From Fistulifera solaris (taxonomy: Eukaryota), in the NCBI GenBank assembly GCA_030295235.1, contig AP026143.1, positions 186,001 to 250,000 of the forward strand: DNA of 64,000 bases, in the 5' to 3' direction. This document shows, one piece after another, positions 49,213-61,200 of this stretch. Both the position numbers and the translations under genes were made by a program. The notes under the pieces were generated by a model. The model saw only the letters and a list, made by a program, of their open reading frames with translations. It was not told where the DNA came from and did not search any database. The first letter of the stretch is position 1. Every line of letters starts with the position of its first letter.

Positions 49213-52200
49213 TTAATGATGCTTGTTACCAGTCTCACCCAAGGCCGCTTCCATATCTTTGATCAACTGTTCGGCCGATTTCGGCAACACTACGACACCC
49301 GTCGAAGCAATGTTGTGAAAGTTTTGCCAATACATCCATTTGAAGACACCGACCTTGAGAATATCTTGAAGAAAAAAGAACAACAACGAATAGATCCAGA
49401 CAAAGCCAAACAATTCCATGTCGTTGACCAAACCATTCACGGGGATTTCTTCAATCTCGCCTTCCTTCCAAACAATCGATAAAAGCGAAGAGATAAATAG
49501 TGCAAAGGCACCACCGGCCAGCAACATGGGACCGGGTGCGACCTCGTAGAAAAACCTGGTTCCGGTACGAGCACTGAACAGTGTCAAAAAATCCGACACG
49601 GAAATCTTCAAATACATAGCTAGAATCATTTGACCGTATTCGACACCTTGGAAGCCAATCTTTTGGAAAAAACCGTCTTCGTTCCAACTGTCCAAGAGAA
49701 TGTGCAACAGCAACAGCGACGAGAAGCAGGATACCACACCGAGCGTGGTACTAGTTACAAAGAGGGCCGGAAGGTTCCAAATGCACGGGGTGGCTCGGGC
49801 TTCGGCGTGATCGTAGGCAATAGTAATCAAGGTTCCGTCATTAAGCAATGTGATTAACATGATCAAAATCACGGGAATCTGGAAAAACTTCGGCCTGAAA
49901 AACCAAGGGATGTATGAGACGATGACATCAATATTCCACACATGGGGCTTTAATCAACGTACCATTCTTCTTCCGTTCCCGGATGACTGTATTCATTGGG
50001 ATGAAACGCCAAGATCGAGATAAAGAAGAAGACCAACAACTGAAGCGTGGCCGCTATTCGGTACGTCAAGAAATTGTTCACACGTTGGAAAATCTTTCGC
50101 GCTTCCACAATACCGTGAGAAACGGCCGAGAGACCGGGTTCTGTGAGCACAATGTCGGCTGCGGCGCGGGCGGCGTCCGTGGAATCGGCAACAGCGATGC
50201 CCACATCGGCACGCTTGAGCGCAGGTGCATCGTTAACTCCGTCTCCTGTTGTTGATGCATTAAACAACAATCTGTGAGAAGATGCGAACCAAGATGATTT
50301 CACACGAACAAAAAATGGATGCAAATTGCTGCAACGTACCAGTCATTCCAACAGCATAGCCAAGTTCTCGCAAACACTCAACAATCAAGTACTTGTGCTC
50401 AGGGTAAACTTGAGCAAATCCATCGGCGGCAAGACAGAGATCACCATAGTTTGCGGCAAGATTCTCAGGTTTCTCTTTCGTTTCAGCGTCCAAAAGAGGA
50501 AGATACTCGGACGTGAAGATGTGGGTTCCCAAATCAAGCTGTGCTGCCGTATTACGGGCAATCAATAAGTGATCACCTGATTTTTGAAGAAAAGCGGAAA
50601 AGCTGTGAGTGTCTCATCAGCAACAACAATTTGTCATCATAAAGAAAGCCCAGACGCACCTGTAATCATCTTAACACCCACTCCGTATCTATTAGCGTCC
50701 TGAATGACTTGCTTCGTATCGGCGCGAGGCGGATCCAAAAAGGTCAACAAGCCCAACATTTTCCACTTTCCATCTTCGTCCGTTCGAGCTACGGCAAGAC
50801 TTCGAACTCCGATAGCTCCCAAACGAGCAACATCGGCTTCCACTTTGTCCTTGACGTCGTCGTCTTCATCTCCCAAAAGCTTGAGAATAATATGCGGAGC
50901 TCCTTTACTGGTCTTGAATTCTTTCTGGGTTTCCTTGTGTCGGATAGTACCTTCTGTTCTCTTGACTTGCGGATCGAATGGCATGTAGTCCAACTGCTCG
51001 TAGGCATCCATCAGACTCATGTTGACTGTTCCGAGCACCAAACGGTCCAAAGCATCCCGTGGAGGTTCTTTCCATTTGGCAGCCAAAGCAGCACTGACCA
51101 ACACGGATTCTTGTGTTTCGTTGGGCACGTACGTGGGGGTCTCTTCTTGAATGACCATCTGGTTCAACGTCAAGGTTCCAGTTTTGTCACTGCACAAGAT
51201 ACTCATACTAGCCATGCGCTCAATGGAAGAGAGCTGAGCGACGATGGCACCTTGCTTGGCCAAACTCTTGGATCCAATGGCCAAAGTAGTGGTCGTGACA
51301 ATCTCAATTGCCAAAGGAATGGACGCCACGAGGACCACCACCGTGAACGAGAGAGATTCCTTCAGTGTTTGTCCCTTGGCCATCAGGTAAATGAAGCAAA
51401 TCAAACACAAGGCGATCGATAGTCCAACCAAGGTGAACATGACCAGCATGAGAACAACTTGGAGGTAACTGTGCTCGTTGGTTTGCTTGAGCAAGGCCGC
51501 GGTCTTTCCGAAGAACGTATTGGCACCGGTAAATTCCACCGTACCTTCAACTTCACCGCGCACCACCGTCGATCCCATCTTGCACGAGTCTCCCTTGTAA
51601 AAGGTCACGGGAAGAGACTCTCCCGTAAGAGCCGCCTGATCGACATCAATCTCGCCTTCGTTGACACGACAATCGGCCGGAATCGCCGAGCCACTGCCCA
51701 AAAGTACCAAATCACCCGGAACCAACTCCCGAGCATCAATGTTCTTCCAGGCCCCGTCACGTTTGCAGGTAGCAGTCGGCTTGAGTGAGTTCTTGAGCGC
51801 GGCAATCGCGTTTCCGGCCTTGTTGGTTTCGTAGAAACTAATGGAAGCGTTGGCGAACTGAATGATCAATAGGATACCCATATCCAAGTAGTTGCCAATC
51901 CCAGCTTCGATGATGATGGCCAACCAGATCATGATGGGCATGGGTGCCCAAAACAAACGTAGAAAGACGAGCCATTTGGGAGTGATTTTCTCGGGCAACT
52001 CGTTGGGCCCATGTAACTTCAATAACTCCGCAGCCTTGGCACTGGTGAAACCTTCATGGTTGAACTGAAAGTCATCCGGCGGCTGGACACCTTCGTTCTG
52101 CTCGATCTTGCTTTGAATTTCTTCATCGGAGATTCCGGCTTCACGACGCTCCTTGCGCGTACCGTAGGTTTGAATCTGCTCGGCCAAGCGCAAATCATCA

Positions 52201-52523
52201 CCTCCACTGAGAGGCACCTGCCCGAATTTGGCCAAGACGTCGGAGGAACTACGCTGACGGCGGCGTTTTTCCATGGTTTGCACGACTTCGGGCGCCAAGT
52301 GGACCATGGCGGAAATGTCGGAGACGGAGCGGTAGTTGATGCGCGACTTTTGACGCGTCACACCGAAAGCCTTGGCTTCCAAATCCATGCCCGTTAGATC
52401 TGATTGCGCCTTGACGCGGGAACGGAGGGGATGGGAAACCGGGAAGGTGGTCGGCAACTCGGCGACGAAGGTATCCTTCGCTTCGAGGTCATCGACTTCG
52501 GTTGGATGTTCGGAAGAAGCCAT
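49213..52523 (-). CDS. P-type (P3A) plasma-membrane H+-ATPase, 4 exons
   Basis: [49 protein letters not shown]. Introns 50659-50577, 50339-50246, 49962-49895. Confidence 0.95.
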
Positions 52524-52938
52524 AATGACGAGTCTTTTCTTGAAACAACTGCCTTGAAACGAAACAAATACGACGGTGTTTGACAATCAATAGGGGCAAA
52601 CAAACAGTCTTCTTTTGATTCTGCGGGTCGAAACTATCTTCGCCAATCCGTCGAGAGTTTATTATTTCTTCGAAATAAATAAGAGAGGAAGAAAAATATT
52701 GCGAATGGATGAGAAGAGACTTCGCAGCTTTTGCGAGCTTTTCCGGATAAAAACTATCTACTCTCTACTTTATAGTAAAGTTGCTACGAGGTCGAATTGT
52801 CGAAACCTTCTCTTTTTCTGTTTGGTTGTTTTGTGTTTTCATTAACCGGACACAGACAGATTATTATTCATTTTGTACAATTTGATAGTCAGACCTGACA
52901 AAGCGTATTCCGCAAGTGCCAGAATTTAGTAAGTGACA

Positions 52939-53223
52939 TGACGTGAGTGTACGTGGCAACGTGGGAACACGTGGCAATGGTGCAATGTATCCCATAGTGG
53001 AATTCAGAAGGTCTATTCTACTCTATAGACGAAACTACAAGAGAGGGTTCGGATTTCGGCTCGTGTATCGTGCGTACAAGGGAGACGGTGACGTACTCGT
53101 ATCTCGTATCTGGATGGACGACCGCGAGCCAATGCCGGTCGGCGGAGTAGGCCGTTGATATTCCTTATCCTTGTTGCGCCTTTGTGACTTGGTGACGCAT
53201 GCAAATTTTTCGGATTGTGACGT
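52939..53223. promoter_or_regulatory. Cluster of ACGT-core (TGACGT / G-box) bZIP-type sites in the divergent H+-ATPase/bZIP promoter
   Basis: TGACGT at 52939, 53089, 53218; TGACGC at 53193; ACGTGG at 52951 and 52959; CACGTG at 52968. Confidence 0.55.
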
Positions 53224-53362
53224 GACGGTACTACACTTTAATTGATAGTAACATACGTCGATAAAAAGCCGCCATCAAGGCATGCTTGACAACAGCAAGA
53301 AGAGCAACAACGAGAGGACTATAATCAATTCTCTTTCATCCAATTTTAAGGAAACAAGCAAC

Positions 53363-53991
53363 ATGGCCGACGACGAATCCGAAGACGATCACGATAGCAA
53401 TGATGACGGAAACGACCCGGAATCCAAGGCCCGCAAGCGCAAAGATCGATTGGAGCAAAATCGGATTTCCGCGCGCGAGTCGCGAAAAACGCAAAAAGAC
53501 CATGATCGAGGAGTTACAACGAACGGTCATAACTTTGTCGAGAGACAACAAGGAATTGAATGATCGCAATGAAGCACTCCGGCGTGAACTCATGGAGATT
53601 GGAGCCAAGGTGAGTGAAATCAGAAGCGATGTTGTTTCTTTTGAAATATTTTTTCGCGCAGGCGCTCTTTCGTGACGTCCTCATGCTGCGTCACGAGTCC
53701 TTTTCAGAAGGCTGGTCGAGCCTTCGACGTCACGTGAAAGATTTTCACTTTTCTTTCACAATATCATGTCGGTCGTCTTCATTCATCGAATTGTTGCCTC
53801 ACCATTGCTTTTCCTTGGTGTATAACTTATAGTACCCCAATGTCGTGCCCCTCCAAGCCATCGTGGGTCAAGGTGCCGCTCTGCAAGGCCCCTCGGGAGC
53901 CGTCGCCGATCCCACGGCACGTTTGAACGATGAGGATGTGGACGATAGTGTGCCGGGCGATGGCAGCTCGAGCGGCGCCGCCAATGTGTAA
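53363..53991 (+). CDS. bZIP transcription factor (2 exons; extra A at ~53486-53490)
   Basis: RKRKDRLEQNRISARESR(K)RKKTMIEELQRTVITLSRDNKELNDRNEALRRELM. Intron 53610-53832; exon 2 YPNVVPLQAIV...*. Confidence 0.9.
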
Positions 53992-54331
53992 CGAACAGGA
54001 GTCATTGTGTGATACTGTTGGTTCGTTGGACGCAAGTATGAGCGCGTCAACGTATCAACACAGGAAGGCCTCTTGGAGTCATAGTTTAGTGTAATAAATT
54101 GCAAGTATTCGTAACTTTTGATTTGAAAAACGCCTCGTTCTTTTAGAGATTTGAAAAATAAAATTTTGATGAGGAACTATTAGTGAGGCTTCAACGAAAG
54201 TCTTGCTCATCAACGATTGTGATCTAACATGTATAGTTAATGATTACTGTGACCTTTGTTTTGGGTTTCGAGGTGAGGGCACACATCCTAAGGTGCAATT
54301 CGAGTCGAGTGATACGTTTCTTTCCGTGAGC

Positions 54332-54787
54332 TCAAAGCCACGTCGCGCACGGATAATTGACATCATCCAAGATACAACGATCCTCGGACAAGCAATAGCG
54401 ACCGGGAGCACACGAAGAGCAGCCGGACCACGTTTCCGGATAACAAAAGATCGTATCGTAATTGATATAAAACACCGGTTGGCGGGTATCTTGGTAAAAG
54501 GTGTGTCGCATGGGCTTGCGGTTGTAACAAATCAACGTCCCGGGTTCACATTGTCGAAAGCGACTCTGGTCACACGGTCCATAAATGCCGGGTTCATTTT
54601 CACACACATCGCCGGGAAAGATTTTGTCGAAATAGCGGTCTTGGAGTGCGCGTTGCTGTGCAATCGAATTGTGAGAGGACCGAACGAACAACAAACAGTC
54701 AGCTGTGTGAGAACTTACGGCCGTTTCCGCTTGCACCGACGCGACTAGAGCAGTCAATAAGAGGAACAAGGAAACTCGTTGCAACAT
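54332..54787 (-). CDS. Small secreted Cys-rich protein A (signal peptide, RALQ site, 10-Cys domain), 2 exons
   Basis: Exon 1 54787-54719, intron 54718-54656 (GTAAGT..CAG), exon 2 QRALQ-DRYFDKIFPGDVC...YPCATWL. Confidence 0.85.
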   Translation of the reverse strand: MLQRVSLFLLLTALVASVQAETAVSSHTADCLLFVRSSHNSIAQQRALQDRYFDKIFPGDVCENEPGIYGPCDQSRFRQCEPGTLICYNRKPMRHTFYQDTRQPVFYINYDTIFCYPETWSGCSSCAPGRYCLSEDRCILDDVNYPCATWL

Positions 54788-55401
54788 GATCTAGAAGAGA
54801 TTATTGAACAAGGCTTTAAAGATAATACGGTGAAAAGGAATAAATGCGTTGAGGTCAATAACAGGAGAAGAACAGCGAACACTTCGCCCGGTCGTGTCGC
54901 GAGTCGCGAGCATTGTCACAGTAACAAACGGAGTAGAAACATGAAATCGTACCGTGTTTCAATGTACGAACGGTCTCATTTCATTATTTTCTTCTCAAGA
55001 CTCATTTTTTCGTCCGTTTCAATTGAAAACTGTTTTGATCATCATCAATCATCATTGATTTCATGTTGAAAGATCCTGTAATGTCGACTGAAACTAGACT
55101 TTCATATCGAAGTTCTCATTAGCTTCTTCAGTTCTTTTAGTTCAATTGGGCCGTGTCTGTAACATCGACACTGTCAAAATCGTTAATGCATTTGTTCGCT
55201 AATGATGATAAGATTTTGCATTCATTGGAGGTGGCGAACTTTAACAATTCGCACTGCACCATTTCCAGGCTAGAAAGAACACAACACACAAGGTTTCATC
55301 GATTTTGACGATATTCATGCTATACATTAGTTTCTGTTGCAGCAGGCGAGTGATCGCGAGCATCTCAAGCGGCCCTCTCAATGCTGTTCCCTCCAGCTTT
55401 T

Positions 55402-55900
55402 TCAAAACCATTGCTCACAAGGATAACCCACATCATCCAGAATGCAGCGAAATTCGGACAAACAATACCGACCCGGAGCACACGACGAGCAACCGGACCA
55501 TCGTTCCGGATAGCAAAAGACATTGTCGTAATGGATGTAATAATACGGTTGACGAATGTCTTGGTAGAATTTATTGCGCATGGGTCTTCGGTTGTAACAA
55601 ATCAACGTGCCCTCGGCACACGTGCGGAAGCGACTGGGGTCACACGGTCCATAGATCCCGGGTGCAGTTTCACACAGATCTTCCGGAAAGAGTCGATCGA
55701 AGATGCGGCCTTGCAATTGCCGTTGCTGTGATATATTGGAGTGTGTGTGAGACGATTGTTACCATTCTACACGATGCTTTGTCAAAGTTCAGCTTGTGTT
55801 GGGAACTTGAAAGAGGAACACTACTTACACTCTCCTCCGCTTGACTCCTCACGACGGCCCAAATGGTCCAGTAAAAGAAGACAACGAGTTGTTTCCACAT
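55402..55900 (-). CDS. Small secreted Cys-rich protein B, tandem paralog of A, 2 exons
   Basis: Exon 1 55900-55829, intron 55828-55726 at the same position as in A, exon 2 QRQLQ-GRIFDRLFPEDLC...YPCEQWF. All 10 Cys align. Confidence 0.85.
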
Positions 55901-56534
55901 GATGCTTTTACTAGCACGAGAAAGGTGAAGAGGACTTTATTACCAGGTAAAACTAGAACACAAGGATGCTTTCCTATTGGATGAATCTCTCTCTCTAGGT
56001 CGATGCAACACAACCGGACGGAGGATCTATTTCATTGAAAAAGCGTTTTTATTCAGTCATCGATGATTGTCAGACAACGGTACCGGGTACCGGTACACAA
56101 AACACAAAGGGCAATTATCCATCCTCGTCTCGATGATTTCGATCGAGGTCGTGTGGGTCGTGCGAAGGACGGTTGGATGTCGTTCGCACGACCGCGGATA
56201 CCCGGTACCTGAGAATGTACCAATTGAGTACCGCAGAAACAGGAATGTTCCGAACCAAACTACTTTTTGGTTGATAGAATGATTTTCAACGTCCGCATTC
56301 CAAAAAAATTGTGCTTTGCCGCATCCGATCAACGACCGTGAAACGAGGAAAATGACAAAGTTGCGTTGATTACAAGAAACACAAAAGCTTCCATCCCAGC
56401 TTGTCTCGTTGAGAGGTCTAGAGAGTGATCGACAACCCAGAAAGCGATCCATTAACACAGGGATTCGACAGAATTACGAGTCTTTACCCCTTTCGATAGC
56501 CCTACAATCATTGCACTCCAGCACACAGAACAAG

Positions 56535-58015
56535 ATGGAGCCGCCCGAGGACCCCGAGGTTGCTACGACTCTTGAACCGTACCCCGAAGGACCGGAAAAA
56601 CCCGCTGTAGAACAAAAGAAACGAGGGAACTTGAATAAATTGTTTCTTTTTGTATTGATTGTGGCTGTCATATTGGGCGCGGCGGTCGCAGCCGCCATTG
56701 TCTTTGTCAAACAGTTCGGGAAGGATGATGCGGAGCCCAGTGCGATCTCCAACAACAACGAACGGCCACCGATCATTCCTCCGCCGGCTCCCGTGGAAGG
56801 AACCGACGGCGTCTCCGGTCGCCGCGACGGAGGCCCCCGTAACGACGGCCCCCGTTGCCCCCGCGACCGGCGTCCCCGAAATGGAAACGAGTGCACCGAC
56901 GACCCAGGTTCCGGTCGCGGCTCCGGTAGCGCCTCCCGTCCCCGTCAGCAATTCGGCCGAAACCTTGCGCGCGACACTGGCTCCGGTCGTCCTCGATCCC
57001 GCGTACTTGACGTCTTCCAACACGGCTCTCGAATGGCTCGTTGCGGCGGCCGAAGCCGAAGGTGGATCTGTCTCCAATTTACTCGAAGATCAAGAACGGT
57101 TGATCCAGCGCTATGCCCTTCTCTCGTTGGATCTCGTGTCACAGGGATCATTGACTACCAGCAATCGCGTCGAAAATTTGCCCCGGATTGCCAGTGGACT
57201 GGATGAATGCTTGTGGGTGGGGGTCACGTGCACGAACGGGACCGTCACCCAAATTCGGTGGTCGCAACAATCCTTGAGCGGTTCCATTTCCGAAAACATT
57301 GGATTGTTGACAGATCTGGAGCATGTGGATATGGGAGAAAACGAATTGCAGGGTCCGCTGCCACAAGGCCTGTACAATCTGGCCAATTTGCAGTACCTTT
57401 ATTTGCATTCCAACTTTTTGACGGGGACCATTTCGGAAAGCATTGCGAATCTGTTCAACTTGCGGAACCTGTACCTTTCCAACAACCAGTTAACCGGTGT
57501 GTTTCCAACGGGCCTCGGATCGCCGTCGTCGGGCCAGGGCAGTGTTCGACCGCTGCGCTTTTTAACACTGTTCAACAACAAAATGAGCGGAACGCTACCA
57601 GCCGGCCTCAACTTGCGGAACTTGTTTTACCTAGACATTGGGCGCAATGCATTTTCGGGAACGATCCCCATCGACTGGTACGAAGGAAGAGATACCATGA
57701 ACAATCTCCGCCATCTTTACGCGGACTTCAACCAATTCAGCGGAGGACTCACCTACAATTTCCCCACCATCGGAAGCGGTCGTATCGATCAAGTGAGTAT
57801 CAATGACAACCAGCTGACGGGCGATTTCCCCGGAGGTTGGGATCCCATCAACGCACTGGAAATCCTACACATTGAAAACAATCAGTTTTCTTCGCTCAGT
57901 AAAGATTTTTGTATCATGAGTGTCTTTGTGGGAGGGGGAAGTGACGGATTTGCGATCCGATTGTTCGATCTGTCCCTGCAATGACGTTTGGTGCAGTGCG
58001 CCATTCTGCAGTTAG
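56535..58015 (+). CDS. Type-II membrane LRR (receptor-like) protein with Pro/Thr/Ala stalk (frameshifts ~56795 and ~57935)
   Basis: TM LFLFVLIVAVILGAAVAAAIVFV, TEAPV/TTAPV stalk, ALEWL, QRYAL, ECLWVGVTC, LRRs. The shifted tail reads SDCSICPCNDVWCSAPFCS*. Confidence 0.88.
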
Positions 58016-58248
58016 AAAGCAAAACTTTTTAGGAAAAGGCGGGTTTTGGCTTACTTGAGGGTCGCATTACAATATTGGAAGGATAGAGAGAAGGAGCCAG
58101 ACGTGCGCCGACAAGAAAATTGCACTTGAAGTTGTAACAATCAAACTATATTAAAAATCTTATAACTGACTTTCAATGGAATGGTCGCTATTGTGAATTT
58201 CACGCTTGAATTAGCATTCTTGTACGGCTTTTTGTCAACCGCAAAAGA

Positions 58249-61200
58249 TCAAGCGCCACACTCCATCCCACCATGATCCAGATTTTGATAAAGGAAGCAA
58301 GCTTTCGACAAGGGCTGATTGACGTTTGTTTCCGTAAGAAAAGACAGCGCTTTTCTGATAAATGGATGTGCTGACTCATTCCCCAACAGTTCTTCCGTGT
58401 GGTCGTGGAATTTCGGTGGTAATTCGACGTCTTCGACGCATTTGATCACTAGCGCACAACCCATGAGCAAAGCGTGAAGAGGAAGGAATATGTTGGGCAG
58501 TCGGGAAGCTGAGAAGAACAGGCTCGGATCGTCTTTGCTAAGTTTCAGCAATACCTGGTGGCAACGTTGTATCAGTGTGTCTGCGATGGCCTTATACTCA
58601 CTAGTCAATGCAAGCTTAATTTCGTCGCAGCTAGTAACAACGATATGGAGAGGAAGAAGTTTTTCCATGTAAGAATTGTGATCTTCCTCTTCAAAAATCT
58701 TCCGATCAGAACCCTCGGCATTGGCATTCGTGAGAATTTCCAGTATATCGCTGGACAATGCTTCAGATAACTGCAAGACAAACAGAATTCGAACGTTTTT
58801 GCTTTTAAGAAATGGTGATCCCTGAATCAATCTAGACAGAGCAATCTCAGGAATTTCGATATCACCAACCAGCTTTGTTGCAGCGAAACGCACGTCTTCA
58901 TCGAAATCTTGAATTAATCCCAACCACGTCGATACATCAATGGGCGGCCGCGAATCTTCCTCTCCCAGGTTATTTCGACCCATGGCGGTAGCCGCAGAAT
59001 GTCGGACGCGCCAGTACCCGCGAGGATCAGACCCTAGCGTCACAAACCTCTTTAATTCAACAGGGAGAGGGGCACTCGGCCTAAAAATAACGAAAAAGGA
59101 ATATAGCTCAATTGCGTTGCCAAATACTTGTGTTTTTGAATCGCCTTGAAAAACCTCGTTAAAAGCAGACGCGAAAAATATCATAGCATCTGATTGGATC
59201 GCTGGAAGTAGCTCTTCCAGGATCCCCAACTGGCACGCACTATCGAGGCATTCCAAAAGGCACCGAGACAGCCGTCTCAAGGTCGGGTTGTGGCACCCAT
59301 TTGGATTTTGACTCTCCTTCGCGAGACTACAGGCCACGACGCAAGCCACCGAATGAACTAGCAAACGAGCGTGCTCACAGTTTGCCACTGTTCGATCAAG
59401 TCCTGCATAGATTTTCTTCTTAAATGCTTTGACTACTGAAACACGAAGGTCGATGTTTGGGCAAGTAAGTGCATCTTTCAATTTTGGGAGCCAGCCTGAA
59501 ACGTCGTCCCAGCTTTTTGAACCCCAAAGTCTGGCTGCTAGCTGACGAGCAGTTACATCCCCTATCTTCGTCCCCAACTCACCAACTCCGGGACAATGAG
59601 CACTCGAGGGCGCCACAAGCCACACTGTCAATTCATCGCATCGATCCGAAATGCTTGTCGACGACGGTAAAAGTCCAGAAAGAACGTCAAGTGCCACTGA
59701 CAAGCAAACTGGGGGCATTATGGGCATATCATCAAAGATCCAACATGCATCGAAAAGCGGAATAGGAGCAATAATTTGTTTCGAAATGGTCATTTCTCGC
59801 TCTGACTTTTTCATCAGAGTAAAACAAGCCTCTAAGACCCCATGTAGTTTGTTCCACTTAAAGCCGACCTTTGACTCCAGAGCACCGATAAAATCACAAA
59901 TCACATCTCGGAAACCAACAAATAATTCTGTAACGTTTGTGGGTGACTCTAACTCAAAAGAGGAAATGTTGGAGAGAGCCCTTGCAGCTGCTTTTCGGAT
60001 CGCTATTTCGGGGTGCTCTAAGGCTCGTAATACATACGGAAAGAAAGGTTCGACAAGTGAAACGGCATCGGTACCGCACTGGCTTACCGGCTGGATCCGA
60101 GCCAATAAAAGAAGGATTGGTAAGACGGGAGGAAGCGACATGCTCTCGTCACTTTTCAACAAGCCATCGACGCTCGCTTTCAAAATCGCAAGCAAAAACG
60201 TTAGTAGTAGTGGATAAGCTCGAGAGAGCTCGGTCAGACTAGTAGCATTACGCCCTCCACTCTCTGACTTGGCATTCTTGTCTGCATCTTTGATCGTACA
60301 AGGATTTAGGAAACAGCATACATCATGTTTCTCTTCTGTAGGGGTACTCACCGATTGATCGCAGCATAATGGCAGAAAATATCATTGTTGATGAGTTTCG
60401 TACTGTCCAATCGAGGTCTGTGTAACCCAACATAGATGTAACTAGGTAGCGTATACAAGAACAGTTAATAACCCTTTCCGACCTAAGATTGCAGCAGCAT
60501 TCTTAGACTTACCTATGGCATCGCCGATGACGGGATGAATTTCTTTCGCAAGAGGAGAGTCGAGAATTATCAAGCGAAGCACATTCAATGCATGAATGCG
60601 TGTCCTTAACTCATAATTTCTTTGGTCTTGCCATTGCTTCGCGTCAAGGTAGGAGAATATCTCTGCGGATTCTGAAAGTCCAATTGTTTTGATAAAAGCG
60701 ACCATTTTATCACGTGAAGGAAGAGAAAGTTGCAGGATGCTGGAAAGAACGTGTTTACACAATGTATGTACATGGGGACCCGAAACTATTTCTGTTCTCA
60801 TAATCGCAAGAAAACCTATGTTGTAACGGGCATTATGAGAGCGTTCAGGTAAGACAAACAATTAACCGATTTGCTCCACCACTCACCTAATGCGTAACCA
60901 GTGCTCCTTCTCAAAGTCGAATCTCGGATTCGGTCCAATTTCGTTTCATTGAGTAGGCGCTGAGTCCATAATTTCGGGAGTTGAATTATGTTAATGTCGT
61001 GCTCGTTCCTGAAGCAAACTTGAGCTAATGCCTCGACTGCGTGATGAGCTGCATATGCGGCACCGATATGTTTCAAAGATGTAAGTGTATTAATTAGGAG
61101 CGTTGCACAACTATCCAGGAGCGAAGCAGGAGCCTTGTACCCAGTGGCACTAAACACAGCGGAAATCGCACCACAAGCCTCCCTTGTTAAAAGCCATGAT

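Noticed and set aside
53480..53500. Programmed ribosomal frameshift in the bZIP basic region
   Set aside because: One of many homopolymer indels in the window; sequencing error is far more parsimonious.
55726..55828. Apparent frameshift or pseudogene in Cys-rich paralog B
   Set aside because: Fully explained by a canonical GTAAGT..CAG intron at the same position as in paralog A.
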